Part shown: positions 15,761 to 25,565 of the stretch, piece after piece
Position numbering within the stretch: position 1 is the stretch's first letter
Layout of the letters: each line of letters opens with the position of its first letter
Virus record (IMG/VR): IMGVR_UViG_3300011517_000006
Span: 1-64,000 of that record
Reading direction: 5' to 3' (one strand)
Source: a virus
Lineage: Duplodnaviria > Caudoviricetes
Length of the DNA stretch: 64,000 nt
The notes under the pieces: model-generated
The model's database searches: none
What the model saw: only the letters and a program-made list of their open reading frames with translations
Told to the model about the DNA's origin: nothing
Made by a program: the position numbers and the translations under genes

Positions 15761-18496
15761 CTATCGACGGCGCGGCCGCGGCGAGGCGTTCAGGGACCGC
15801 GCCAGGGAGCCGTCCCGCCCCGCCTTGGCCAGCTCGTTCTTGAACAGAGGCTCAAGCTCCAGCTCCATGCCGCCCCCGGGCGCCTTCGACAGGCGGCCGG
15901 TCATCGGCTCGGATCCGTAGTTCTTGATCGTCAATCCGCCCAGGCTCACGTTCATGGCGCCGCCGGCGGCGGCGGCCTGCAGGGCCCGGTTATGCTCCAG
16001 CACCCGCGAGCCGCGCGGCAGGTTCAGCAGCTCGGGCCCGCGCTCCCCCACCCACTTCCAGCCGCCGTCCGAGAAGTCCGTGCCGGCTGAGTGCCCGCCG
16101 GGAGAGAACAGCGCGCCCAAGGCGCCGGACATCCCGCCGCCGCCCCCGAACATCGCTTTCAGCGCCCCGCCCCAGTCCAGGCCGGCGAGCATGTCCGCCA
16201 GCTTGTCGGCCCACTTGTCCGTGGCGCGCTCAAGCTGCCCGGCCAGGGCGTCGCCGATGCCGCCGCTACGGATGTCCGACAGCATGTCGCGCATCCACGC
16301 CCGGCGCGCGCCTAGGGCGGTCGCGTCCAGCTCTTCCTTGATCTCCTGCTCGGCCTGTTTTTGGCCCTCGCCGTAGTTGAGCTTGTTGCGCCCCTCGATC
16401 TCCCGGGCCCGGCGCTGCACGCGATCATCGACGCTCAACCGCCGATACGCTTCTTCGTCCCCCGACAATCGCGCCAGGTTCAGCCGATGCTCCGTCTTCG
16501 CGTCAGCGATCGCCCGCTTCAGCGCGACAGAGCGAGCCTCGACCAGCCGGTTTCGCTCAGCTTCAGCCAGATTAGTGGCGGTGGCCAGATCGTACCCGGC
16601 TTGGCCGTACTTCAGGATGCGCTCTTCATGATCGATGCGCTTGCGCTGGTTCTCCAGCGACCGCTCTTCGCCCAGCAGCCGCATGACCTGCGCCTCGGCC
16701 TCCCGCTGCAGCTTCAGCCCCTCTTCGTCCCGCAGCACCGCCATGGCGTCCTGCAGGCGCTTTTCCTCCTGCGTGGCGCGGTTCTTGGCCTCGGCCGCCC
16801 CGACGCTGTCGTCCTCCAGCTGCCGGATGCGCGCCCGCACCCGCGCCTCGGATTCCAGCGCTCGCACACGATCCAGATCATTGGTCGCCTTCGCTTCCTG
16901 CAGCGACAGATTGGCGTCGACATCCTCCTCGCGCCGCGCCCGTTGCAGCAGCTCGCGCGCCTGACGCTCGGCCTCGCGCCGCGCCCGCTCGGCATCGCGC
17001 GCGGCCTTGTCGCGATCCTTCTTGCCGGCGTCGGCGCGGTCCTTGGCCTCCTGCGCCGTCTGGTTGGCGGCGGCCGAGTTTGCAGCGGTCTCGCGCTCGC
17101 GGTTCTCCCAGTCGCGAAGGAAGGTCTCCGTAAAAAGCTTCGTCTCCGCCTGCCGGCGCGCGAACGGGGTCGCCGCCAGATCCCGACGCAGCTCCAGATT
17201 CTCAATCCGCTCGTCGCGCGTCGTCTGCAACCACTCGCCCAGCTTGGTCCAGTAGTTGGACATGCTGCGGGTCGCGACATCCCAGAAGCTGCTCAGGTCG
17301 TCGACCTTGTCGGCGTGGCCGCTCATCGCGCCGGTCAGCGCTTCCATCAAAACCTTCTGCGCCGCCGTGCGGTCGCCCAGTTTGATCAGGCTGTCGATGT
17401 GATCCAGCGTCTTCTGGTCCAGCAGGCCGAACTGACGCGTAAAATCGCGTGCAGCCTTGTCCGGCTCCGACATCGCCTTGGCCAGCATCTCGGTCGCAGA
17501 TTTCGCGTCGACCCCCATGAAGGCGGCGAAATCCTTGGTGATCGCGACCAAGCCGCTCATTACCTCCCCGCCGATCTTACCCGTCGAGACATAGGCCGAG
17601 GCCATGTCGCGGGCGGACTTCAATGAGATGTTGCCAGCTTCAGCCCCCGCGTCAGCGGCGGCCTTCAGCTCGGCGCCGGACATCTTGGCCGTCCGCCCGA
17701 GACCTGTCGCGGCCCTGTCCAGCGCCGCCGTCGACTTCTCCGCCTGGGCCCAGGCCACAGCCATGGCGCCGGTCGCCCCGGCCAGCAGCCCGACGCTGCC
17801 GACCAGCAGCGTCAACGGCCCCGTCAGCTTGATGGCCGAGGTCGACCACGCGTCCAGGATCTGCGGTCCCTGCTGGATCGCGATCATGGCCGGGTTCATG
17901 CCCATGGCGGCCGTGGTGAACACGTCCGCCCCCTGACGCGTCAGGTTCAGGCGCGACGCCATGACGTTGCGGCTCAGCCCCTTGCCCTGCCGATCCAGCG
18001 CCGCCGTCGTCTCGTTGAAGCGCTGCCGGGCCAGGGTCTGCGCCTGCGCCAGCTGATCGGTCGTGATCTTCCCGCGCTTGGCCAGCGCGTCGTACTCGGC
18101 CAGTTCCTGGTTCAGCTTCATCTGCGCCGCCCACAGCGGGTTAAGCGTTTCCAGCAGCACCTGGGCCCGCCGATCATATCCCCGTTCCGCCGCCTCGAAG
18201 GTGCGTGCGGCTGCGGATGCGCGGGCATTGGTCCCGCCCGTCACGCCGGTGGCGGCGTTGATACGGGCCTGCACCGACGATGCCTGATCATTCGCGGCCC
18301 GCTCCGCATTACGCGCAGCCGCAGCGTAGTCGAGCAAGGCCTGCACCTCACGCTTCTTGGCGACAGCAGCTTTGTCGGAGCCGGACTCGGCGCTCTTGTT
18401 CATGCGCTCGACCGCGTTCTCCACCGTCTGCGCGATGCGCACGGCGTCCTGACCGCCCTGTGCCTCGATGCGGAGAGCGATTTGTTTGGTGGTCAT
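15761..18496 (-). CDS. Tail tape measure protein
   Basis: 911 aa, helical and Ala-rich; QGADV..AMGMNPAMIAIQQGPQI and WVGERGPEL motifs. Confidence 0.92.
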   Translation of the reverse strand: MTTKQIALRIEAQGGQDAVRIAQTVENAVERMNKSAESGSDKAAVAKKREVQALLDYAAAARNAERAANDQASSVQARINAATGVTGGTNARASAAARTFEAAERGYDRRAQVLLETLNPLWAAQMKLNQELAEYDALAKRGKITTDQLAQAQTLARQRFNETTAALDRQGKGLSRNVMASRLNLTRQGADVFTTAAMGMNPAMIAIQQGPQILDAWSTSAIKLTGPLTLLVGSVGLLAGATGAMAVAWAQAEKSTAALDRAATGLGRTAKMSGAELKAAADAGAEAGNISLKSARDMASAYVSTGKIGGEVMSGLVAITKDFAAFMGVDAKSATEMLAKAMSEPDKAARDFTRQFGLLDQKTLDHIDSLIKLGDRTAAQKVLMEALTGAMSGHADKVDDLSSFWDVATRSMSNYWTKLGEWLQTTRDERIENLELRRDLAATPFARRQAETKLFTETFLRDWENRERETAANSAAANQTAQEAKDRADAGKKDRDKAARDAERARREAERQARELLQRARREEDVDANLSLQEAKATNDLDRVRALESEARVRARIRQLEDDSVGAAEAKNRATQEEKRLQDAMAVLRDEEGLKLQREAEAQVMRLLGEERSLENQRKRIDHEERILKYGQAGYDLATATNLAEAERNRLVEARSVALKRAIADAKTEHRLNLARLSGDEEAYRRLSVDDRVQRRAREIEGRNKLNYGEGQKQAEQEIKEELDATALGARRAWMRDMLSDIRSGGIGDALAGQLERATDKWADKLADMLAGLDWGGALKAMFGGGGGMSGALGALFSPGGHSAGTDFSDGGWKWVGERGPELLNLPRGSRVLEHNRALQAAAAGGAMNVSLGGLTIKNYGSEPMTGRLSKAPGGGMELELEPLFKNELAKAGRDGSLARSLNASPRPRRR

Positions 18497-18497
18497 T

Positions 18498-19199
18498 TCA
18501 GCTGCTCCTCTTGCGGACGATCAGTCCGGCGGTCCTGGCCCCGACCTCATTGGCGATGGCGTCTAGGTCCAGTCGTTTTCGTGTGGTGATCTGCGGGACC
18601 AGGATGAAGACCACGATGGTCTGGCCGGCCGGGCCGTAAAGCCTCGAGCCCCGCCCCCGGGACTGATAGGGCTTGGCCACACGTCCTGCGCCCAGCATGG
18701 CCTGATCGGCGACCAGGAAGGCGCGACGCCCTCCCTTCTTGCCGCCCTCATAGACGAAGCGAAGCTTCATGCCGGTGCGGCGCTCAAAGCCGCCGGGCGT
18801 GATCCGCTCGCGCGCGCCGCGCTTGTTGACCGTGGCGCCCATGCCGTTGGCCCCGCGCTTTAGGCCGAACTTGCCGGCCGCCTCGGTCGGAATCGCCAGC
18901 CAGCGCCCGCCTTTGGCCCGAATGACGGTCGCCTCGATCGCCGTCTCGATGATTTCGGCCGCCTTTTTTCGCACCGCGACAAAACCGGCGGCGTCGATGC
19001 TGTCCTGTCCTTTCGGGTAGACGTTGCCCCGCCAGGCTTTCGGCAATCGGTTACCCTTGAAGGCCGACTGGGTGTCGGCCCGCAGCCGCCCCTTCAGTAG
19101 ATCCGTTCCCTCGCGAATGCTGGCGGTGATGTCCCGTGCCAGCTCCTTCTCGATCTCGGCCGCCAGGCCATCGGCGCTGATGCTCGTTCTGACCCTCAT
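18498..19199 (-). CDS. Tail-associated protein (DUF6441-like)
   Basis: WLAIPT and VFILVPQIT..KRLDL motifs; position upstream of the tape measure. Confidence 0.65.
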   Translation of the reverse strand: MRVRTSISADGLAAEIEKELARDITASIREGTDLLKGRLRADTQSAFKGNRLPKAWRGNVYPKGQDSIDAAGFVAVRKKAAEIIETAIEATVIRAKGGRWLAIPTEAAGKFGLKRGANGMGATVNKRGARERITPGGFERRTGMKLRFVYEGGKKGGRRAFLVADQAMLGAGRVAKPYQSRGRGSRLYGPAGQTIVVFILVPQITTRKRLDLDAIANEVGARTAGLIVRKRSS

Positions 19200-19914
19200 G
19201 CGTCATCCTCCCGCCGCAGCCCCTTGACGATCTGCCCCTCGACCAGAGGCAGGGCCTCGGACATCAGCAACCGGGTCGCCTCGTCCATCGGCCCGCCCAG
19301 TTGGGCGAAGGCGACGACGGCGGCATAGTCCAGAGCGAAGGCGCCGAATCCGCTTGACCTCAGCTGGCCGGCGCAGGCGTCGAAGACGTCCCAGACGCGC
19401 CGCCCCTGCGCGGTTTGCGGCGCGTGCTTGTCAAAGGGACAGGGCTCGCCTTCGCCGCCGCAGTATTGTCGGCGGCAACTGTCCCGGCAGTAGGATCCGC
19501 CTCCCTCTCCGAACTGCCACTCGGCGAGGGAGACGATCCGTTTTTTTCCGAGTTCAGGGCGTAGACCTCTGCCGCATACCCCTTGTCGAAGAAGTCGAAG
19601 ATATTCGGCCGCTGCGCCAGCAGCGCCAGCACCTGTTCCGGCGTCAGCGTCTTGATCGGCGCGCCGTCTTCGTCCGCCACGCCCTTCCACTCGACGGCCC
19701 CTGCGGCGACATAGGCCGCCGTCATGACGAACAGCCCCTGCCCCAGGTGACTGAGGCCCTCCTCGTTCCATTCGACGCCTTGGGCCCGCATCAGGTCGGC
19801 GCTGATATGGCGCGCCTCAAGGATGACCGGCGTCGAGGGCGGCAGCATGCACACGCGCACGCCGTGCGCCGGCTCCAGCCATTCCGGCTGGGCGGCGATC
19901 TTCAGCTGAAGCAT
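19196..19914 (-). CDS. Tail assembly chaperone G-T fusion via -1 frameshift
   Basis: A AAA AAC heptamer; the -1 frame continues KKRIVSLAEWQF...ALDYAAV... to a stop at 19196. Confidence 0.75.
19360..19914 (-). CDS. Tail assembly chaperone (gpG-like)
   Basis: Between the tail tube and tape measure genes; contains slippery G GAA AAA AAC at 19549-19540. Confidence 0.75.
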   Translation of the reverse strand: MLQLKIAAQPEWLEPAHGVRVCMLPPSTPVILEARHISADLMRAQGVEWNEEGLSHLGQGLFVMTAAYVAAGAVEWKGVADEDGAPIKTLTPEQVLALLAQRPNIFDFFDKGYAAEVYALNSEKNGSSPSPSGSSEREADPTAGTVAADNTAAAKASPVPLTSTRRKPRRGGASGTSSTPAPAS

Positions 19915-19929
19915 GGTTCAGATCTCCGC

Positions 19930-21237
19930 TCAGGCTGCGCCGTAGGCCGAACCGGCCACGTCGTTGTCCAGGATGACGGTCAGCGCACGGCCCAGCGTCG
20001 GGTCCACGGCGGCCTGATAACCATAGTCCGCCTGGATCCCGCCCGGGCCCGTGACCGGCCGCTTCGCCTTCGGCAGGAAGACCCGGTGCAGCACCAGGCG
20101 CAGCGTGAAGTCCGTACCCGGCAGCGACCACATGTATTCCAGGTCGCTGGCTTCGCCGTTCTCCGCCTGCAGCTGCAGTTCCGGACCGCTGTAGCGCACG
20201 CCGATCTGCCCGGTCAGCGCCAGGGCGCCCTCATCGATCCCGCTGACCCGACCGTCGCTGCGGATGGCGGGCACGGGGTCCAGCCCGTTCGACAGGTTGA
20301 ACTGGCCGCTGACCAGGTCCGCGATCGGCACGCCATGGCGCAGCACCGATCCCGAGAACTGCGAGAACCGGGCGACCGCCATTTCCGCCGCCACGGCGCC
20401 CGCCGCTGACGCCGTGTCTACGGATTCGCCCTGAGCGATCAGGCCCAGCGTCGCCGTCAGGTTTCCGCCCCGCTGCATCTGAACGCCCAGAGTGTTGGCC
20501 TTCACGCCGTAGTTCATGTTGAACGCCGGAACCTCGGGGTGCTGGATCTCGATCGAGGCCGAGGGCAGGACAGCCGCTCCGCTGGTGAAGGTGTGGCGAT
20601 AGCCGCCGGACGCAGCCCCGCCCGCCAACGTCGCGCCCGAGGCGCTCGCGTTGGAAGCCGGCGTGGTGCTGGCCTCGAGCGCGAATGCATTGCCCGCCAC
20701 GCCCAGGGCGTCGTGCTGGATCATGATGGCGTTGCCGCGATCGTTCTGCCGATAGCTGGCGGCGGCGACGCCGGTCACCCCGCTGGCGTTCAGCACGCGC
20801 ACGGCGTTCGCCACCGTGGCCGGCAGGGTCGCCCCGATCTGGATCTGGTTCGCCGTCGGCGTTCCGGTTACGAAGGTGAACGTCTGGCCCCCGACCCCGA
20901 TGGTCCCATTGTTCGCCGGTTGGGCGGCGAAGGTGATGGCCCCGCGCGCCGCCTTGCCCGCCGCGCTCGTCGGCGCGCCCAGCAGCAACCGCAGCCACAC
21001 GCCGATCTGACGCGCACACATCGGCACGACGGCGTCGCCCGCATTCGTCACCGCATCGCGGCCGGGTTCGCTCGGCTCGCGCCCGCGGCCCAGCAACTCG
21101 CCGTCGATCAGCGGCTGCTCCTCGCCCAGCGACGCCGAAACGAAAGCCATCAGGCCAAAGCCGGCGGCTGGAGCGAAGCCGAAAGTCTGTTCAATAGCCA
21201 ATGCCATGCGGGCGTTGGCGCCGCGTGCGCGTGCCAT
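19930..21237 (-). CDS. Major tail tube protein
   Basis: MARARGANARMAL..., SLGEEQPL, LPSASIEIQHPEVP motifs typical of this tail-tube family. Confidence 0.85.
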   Translation of the reverse strand: MARARGANARMALAIEQTFGFAPAAGFGLMAFVSASLGEEQPLIDGELLGRGREPSEPGRDAVTNAGDAVVPMCARQIGVWLRLLLGAPTSAAGKAARGAITFAAQPANNGTIGVGGQTFTFVTGTPTANQIQIGATLPATVANAVRVLNASGVTGVAAASYRQNDRGNAIMIQHDALGVAGNAFALEASTTPASNASASGATLAGGAASGGYRHTFTSGAAVLPSASIEIQHPEVPAFNMNYGVKANTLGVQMQRGGNLTATLGLIAQGESVDTASAAGAVAAEMAVARFSQFSGSVLRHGVPIADLVSGQFNLSNGLDPVPAIRSDGRVSGIDEGALALTGQIGVRYSGPELQLQAENGEASDLEYMWSLPGTDFTLRLVLHRVFLPKAKRPVTGPGGIQADYGYQAAVDPTLGRALTVILDNDVAGSAYGAA

Positions 21238-21311
21238 GTCAGTTCTCCGTCGTGAAGGGATGTCCGCCTGGGGCCGGACGAGATCAGCCAGGTGTGATCG
21301 GCTCAGACCGC

Positions 21312-21743
21312 TCAGGTCAGCGGGTTGGACGTCGAGTAGACGACGACGATGTTGAACTGCGCCCCTCGAACGGGTTCGGCGTTCTCGAGGGTCACGTCGT
21401 CGGTCATCGGCGCAGTGGCCTCGGCCCATTCAGCGACGCCGCCAAGGCTTCGATCCGCCTCAATCCCGTCGCCAATCAGGATCAGCAGTTGGTCCAGCAG
21501 TTCGTGCCGATTGGTCGAGCCGGGCGGGCCCAGCACCTCGATCTCGAACTCATGGGTGTAGGTGTAGAGCAGCGGCGATAGGGTCACCTCCGGTGCCCCC
21601 GGATCGCCGTCATGTAGGATGATGGTGCCGCCCGGGTCCGGCCGCTTCGGCCAGGGCTGGTCTCGCCTGAACTCGGCGTCGGGCGCCGCAGCTTTGAGCA
21701 CCGCCTTCACGCCCTTGGCCGCGGCTTCGCGTGCGCTTTCCAT
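21312..21743 (-). CDS. Tail terminator protein
   Basis: ILHDGDPG.PEVTLSP..YTYTH..EIEV, DRSLGG; position upstream of the tail tube. Confidence 0.72.
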   Translation of the reverse strand: MESAREAAAKGVKAVLKAAAPDAEFRRDQPWPKRPDPGGTIILHDGDPGAPEVTLSPLLYTYTHEFEIEVLGPPGSTNRHELLDQLLILIGDGIEADRSLGGVAEWAEATAPMTDDVTLENAEPVRGAQFNIVVVYSTSNPLT

Positions 21744-21746
21744 GGC

Positions 21747-22076
21747 TCAGCCCCCGACTGGTACGACAGCACACAACCACCAGCCGTCCTCATTGCGTCG
21801 CGGATCTCCGACGACCTTTAGCGTCTCGCGCACTGAGCCGGTCACATCGTCCAGCAGTTGTAGCTGCTGACCCTCCTCCGGTTCAGCGACCCAGCGCTGA
21901 TGGATTTCGACGGCGCGGGTCGTCAGGATGTGCGACGCGTCGCCATACCGCGCGATCGCGTCCTCTTCGGCCGGGTGGACCCGCACCTCGCCGGCCACGC
22001 CCGTCCACAGCGCACGATCGCCGAGGTGTTCATCCACCTCGGCGACCATGGCTGTCAGATGCTGCCCGAAGCCCAT
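21747..22076 (-). CDS. Head-tail joining protein (gpFII-like)
   Basis: Small beta-rich protein directly after the capsid gene. Confidence 0.62.
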   Translation of the reverse strand: MGFGQHLTAMVAEVDEHLGDRALWTGVAGEVRVHPAEEDAIARYGDASHILTTRAVEIHQRWVAEPEEGQQLQLLDDVTGSVRETLKVVGDPRRNEDGWWLCAVVPVGG

Positions 22077-22077
22077 T

Positions 22078-23151
22078 CTAGGGCTTGGAGCCCCAGACCC
22101 ACTTCGTGGTCAGACGAGGCTTCCGCCAGATCGGCAGCGAGTTCATCTGGTACTTCCACTCCAGACCCGCGCCGTGCTTCATCACCTCTTCAGAGAAGTG
22201 GATCAGATCCTCGTCCGAGAAAGTCGACCCGTCCAGTTCGCGGATATCCAGTGGGGGAGCCGCATAGGTGACGTGCGCCTCGATCGTGCCGGTCGGATAG
22301 GAAACCCCCTCCTTGGCGTCGAGCAGCCGCGTCGTGCCTTCCGTTCCCCACAGCTTCACCCGCGCCCGGTACTCGCGGATCGTACAGCCGGCGATCTCGA
22401 TCACGCGACGGAAGCTGGTCGCCGACTTCTCACGCTGCTGGTTCAGCAGCTGGAGCATGGCGGGCGTGCCGGCGAAATACTTCTCCACCGACGGGTGACG
22501 GATGATCTTGCTGTAGAACTCCGGCGCGATGCGAACTTCCAGCCCGGTCATCGTGTCATTGACCAGCTCTTCCTCGGTGCCGGAAAGCACCTCTTCGAGC
22601 GCCGCCGGCACGTCGAAGTTCGGATCATCCAGGTCGAAATAAACGACCCGTTGCTGCAGGCCGAACACCTCGTTCAGGTCGTAGATGAGCTGATTGGCGC
22701 CGTCGACGATCCGCCCCTTCAGCGAGGAGATCTTCATCACCTCCAGGGTGATGGAGAACTTCAGACGGTTGCGGCGGTGACGGGTTTCGACCTTGTTGAT
22801 CAGAGCGTCGTCCGGCGTTCGGGTGCGTGCCGCATAGGCCATCCATGAGCGGAGATCCGCCGCCAGCACGGAGTCTTCGTGGCTGACGTTCGGGATCTCG
22901 AAGATGACGCCCTTGCCCTTCCCGTGCCGGGCGATGGTCGACGGCCGGCCGCCTTCCGTGACCGGCAGCGCGGTGATCACGCCGTCATCGATGTCGATGC
23001 GGACGTAAGGCGTGTCCAGCCCCTCGCTGGGGAACATGCCGTCCGCGTTGAGCTGGCCGAACTGGTCGGGGACAGAGTTGATCAGGCCGGTGTGGTGCGC
23101 GGCCGTCAGGGGCAGCAGCGAGCCGCCGTCCATCAGTTCATCGGGGTCCAT
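22078..23151 (-). CDS. Major capsid protein (lambda gpE family)
   Basis: 357 aa; follows the decoration gene; LT.AIN-like start, LKGRIVDG, QMNSLPIWRKP ending. Confidence 0.9.
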   Translation of the reverse strand: MDPDELMDGGSLLPLTAAHHTGLINSVPDQFGQLNADGMFPSEGLDTPYVRIDIDDGVITALPVTEGGRPSTIARHGKGKGVIFEIPNVSHEDSVLAADLRSWMAYAARTRTPDDALINKVETRHRRNRLKFSITLEVMKISSLKGRIVDGANQLIYDLNEVFGLQQRVVYFDLDDPNFDVPAALEEVLSGTEEELVNDTMTGLEVRIAPEFYSKIIRHPSVEKYFAGTPAMLQLLNQQREKSATSFRRVIEIAGCTIREYRARVKLWGTEGTTRLLDAKEGVSYPTGTIEAHVTYAAPPLDIRELDGSTFSDEDLIHFSEEVMKHGAGLEWKYQMNSLPIWRKPRLTTKWVWGSKP

Positions 23152-23212
23152 CGGAGCCCTCCTATCATTTCAGTGTTCAGGGATGCCGGACCGACGGGTC
23201 CGGTTTGCCGGC

Positions 23213-23902
23213 TCAGCCGCTGACGCGCGGCTGGATGCCCAGCGAGGCCAAGCGACGGTAGGCCGCTTCCTTCTGGTCGTCGGTGACGCCCGTCGGCCAG
23301 GCGATGGCTTCGCGACGGATGATGACCGGGCCGCGCGCCAGGACCGTCAGCTCGACATCGACGCCGACCGGCGCCTCAGCCGGGAGCAGGTTGATGCCCG
23401 TGATGATCTGCGAGCCGTCCGTCGCCGCCGGATCCCACGGCGCATCCTTCTCGATCACGCCGTCTTCATAAGCGACGGTGACCGGGATCCGGTCTCCGGC
23501 GACAAAGTCCGCCGCGCCGTCCGCCAGGGTGAAGTTGATGGCGCCGTTGTACGGCGAACCGACATTGCCGGCGCCGTCCAGGCTCCCGTCGGGACGGATC
23601 ACCTGGAAGGCGCCGCCGCCCGCCGCTGGCGAGACGATGACCACTTCATACTGGCCCGCAGAGGCCCCCGTGTCCGCCGTGACGACGCCGATCGCGCCGT
23701 TGCCCGTGCCGACGACGGCGCCGGCCGTGACGGTCGCCGCGCCGATCAGCACAGTGCCGACAAGCACGAAAGCGGCGAATGCGCGGGCCGAGCCGACCCC
23801 GCCCAGGCCGACGCGCTTGTCGGTCGTATAGGTCGGATCATACTCCGAATGGATAAGATCGCTGAGGCCGGGCAGGCCGGTCTCGAAAGTATAGGCCTTC
23901 AT
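23213..23902 (-). CDS. Head decoration protein (gpD family) with a Gly-rich inserted domain
   Basis: WDPAATDGSQ...GI and VLARGPVII..AIAWP motifs. Confidence 0.82.
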   Translation of the reverse strand: MKAYTFETGLPGLSDLIHSEYDPTYTTDKRVGLGGVGSARAFAAFVLVGTVLIGAATVTAGAVVGTGNGAIGVVTADTGASAGQYEVVIVSPAAGGGAFQVIRPDGSLDGAGNVGSPYNGAINFTLADGAADFVAGDRIPVTVAYEDGVIEKDAPWDPAATDGSQIITGINLLPAEAPVGVDVELTVLARGPVIIRREAIAWPTGVTDDQKEAAYRRLASLGIQPRVSG

Positions 23903-23971
23903 GACGGCCTCCTCTGTTCAGCAGGTTGATGCGACCGGGATCAGGTCCAGCCCCCGGCCGAGCTGGTCGGC

Positions 23972-24484
23972 TCAGCCGGCGACGCCGCCCCGGTTCCGAT
24001 CGATGCGGGCGGCGACGGCTGCATTCAGGCCCGTGGGCGCCTTGGCGCCGTCAGCCTTCAGGCGCTGGGCGCCCGACATGACGCGATCCAGACGGTTGCC
24101 GCCCTGGGCGGAGCCGGCCACGGCGGCCGACGCCTTGAACTGCGCCAGCGTCTGGCCCGACTGGATCGCGGCCAATGCAAGGGCGGGGTTCTTCTTGGCC
24201 TCGGCCGAAGCAGCGATGGCCGAGGCTTCGCCGTTGCCGCCTTCCGACGCTTCCAGCGGGTCGTCATCTTCGTCGTCGTCTTCGTCCGGGTCCTTCTCCT
24301 CAGCTGAGGAGCCGCCCTGACCGGCGCCGACGTCGTCCTTGTCGTCCTCGTCATCGGGCTCGGGCGCTGCGGCGCCGGCCTTGACCTTCGCAAGGTTCGC
24401 CTGCGCCAGTTTGAGAGCCTTCTCGGCCTGGGCCACCTGGGCGGCCGAACGGGCTTGCCGGCCCGCTGTCGGTTTCGTGGCCAT
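23972..24484 (-). CDS. Nested in-frame scaffold protein (Nu3-like)
   Basis: Internal AAGGAGG SD before MATKPTAG; Ala-rich/acidic C-terminal third of the protease gene. Confidence 0.65.
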   Translation of the reverse strand: MATKPTAGRQARSAAQVAQAEKALKLAQANLAKVKAGAAAPEPDDEDDKDDVGAGQGGSSAEEKDPDEDDDEDDDPLEASEGGNGEASAIAASAEAKKNPALALAAIQSGQTLAQFKASAAVAGSAQGGNRLDRVMSGAQRLKADGAKAPTGLNAAVAARIDRNRGGVAG

Positions 24485-25555
24485 CACGGCCTCCTTTTCG
24501 GTATGGGCCGAAGCGCGCGAGCCCGACGCGCCGGCTTGGCTTCCTGAAACAGGCTCGGAAGAAACGTGGTCGACCAGGGCGGCGAAGGCCTGCTCCTCGT
24601 CCATGATCTCGTCGGCGAGGCCCAGCGCGACGCCCGATCGGGCCTCATCCTGGTGCTCGGCCATGAAGACGTCGGCTCTCAGCTCCAAAAGCTGTTCGCG
24701 GGTCAGGCTCGATCGCCCCGCCTCGACATCGGCCAGAAACAGCTCGCCCACCTGGTTGACATCGGCCTGCCAGGCCGCCCGTGCGCTCTCGCTCAGAGCC
24801 TTCCACCAGGCGCCGTCCGTCTTCACCCCGCCTTCGGGAAACTCGATGGTGGTGATCTCGACGCCGTCCTGCTCCAGCGAGCCCGCGTGGCTTTCATGGA
24901 CCATGACGGCGCCGATCGAACCGACGTAACCGACGCTCGGCGCGATGATCCTGTCGGTCTGCGCCGCAATCCAGTAGCCGGCCGAACAGGCCATGTCGGC
25001 ATAGGTCCAGATCGGCTTTCCGCCGGCGGCCTCCCGGGCTTCACGCATGAAGCGGGCCAGCGTGGGCAGGCCGCCGGCGACGACGCCGCCGGGCGTATCA
25101 AGGCGCAGGAAAACGCCGCGAACGCGGGCGTCGGCGAGCGCCTCGCGCATGGCCATCAGCAAGGTATCGTACCCGTGCCAGACGACGCCGCAGAACTCGT
25201 CGCCGCGTTCAACCAGAGGGCTGTCGCATTCGATGAGCGCGACGCCGTCTTTCAGCGACCAGCAGAATCCCGTGTCCTCGACCTCGCCCAGCCAGCGCGG
25301 TTGATAGGCGAGCCGCTCCTCAATCGGGACGAAGGGTGCGCCTTCGCCGTCGTCCCAAGCGAACGCCGTGCGCGCGCTGTCGCCGGGCGCGTGGCCCAGG
25401 CCCACGCGGCGCAGGAAAGCGTCCAGCCGCGATGGACGGCTGAAGGCGCGCGGATCGACCGAACGGATACGCACCGCCAGATCTCGCGCCGCAGCCGGGG
25501 TAAGCAGAAGGGGGCGGCCGGCATAGCGGGCCGCCATGGAGGCGTAGTCAGGCAT
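23972..25555 (-). CDS. S49 prohead protease (gpC-like)
   Basis: LDTPGG, ACSAGYWIAAQ and VGSIGAV S49 motifs. Confidence 0.92.
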   Translation of the reverse strand: MPDYASMAARYAGRPLLLTPAAARDLAVRIRSVDPRAFSRPSRLDAFLRRVGLGHAPGDSARTAFAWDDGEGAPFVPIEERLAYQPRWLGEVEDTGFCWSLKDGVALIECDSPLVERGDEFCGVVWHGYDTLLMAMREALADARVRGVFLRLDTPGGVVAGGLPTLARFMREAREAAGGKPIWTYADMACSAGYWIAAQTDRIIAPSVGYVGSIGAVMVHESHAGSLEQDGVEITTIEFPEGGVKTDGAWWKALSESARAAWQADVNQVGELFLADVEAGRSSLTREQLLELRADVFMAEHQDEARSGVALGLADEIMDEEQAFAALVDHVSSEPVSGSQAGASGSRASAHTEKEAVMATKPTAGRQARSAAQVAQAEKALKLAQANLAKVKAGAAAPEPDDEDDKDDVGAGQGGSSAEEKDPDEDDDEDDDPLEASEGGNGEASAIAASAEAKKNPALALAAIQSGQTLAQFKASAAVAGSAQGGNRLDRVMSGAQRLKADGAKAPTGLNAAVAARIDRNRGGVAG

Positions 25556-25565
25556 GGTGTTTTCC

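Noticed and set aside
21312-21743. Metabolic enzyme reading (this family is sometimes labelled acyl-CoA transferase)
   Set aside because: Size and position between the head-tail joining and tail tube genes indicate a tail terminator.
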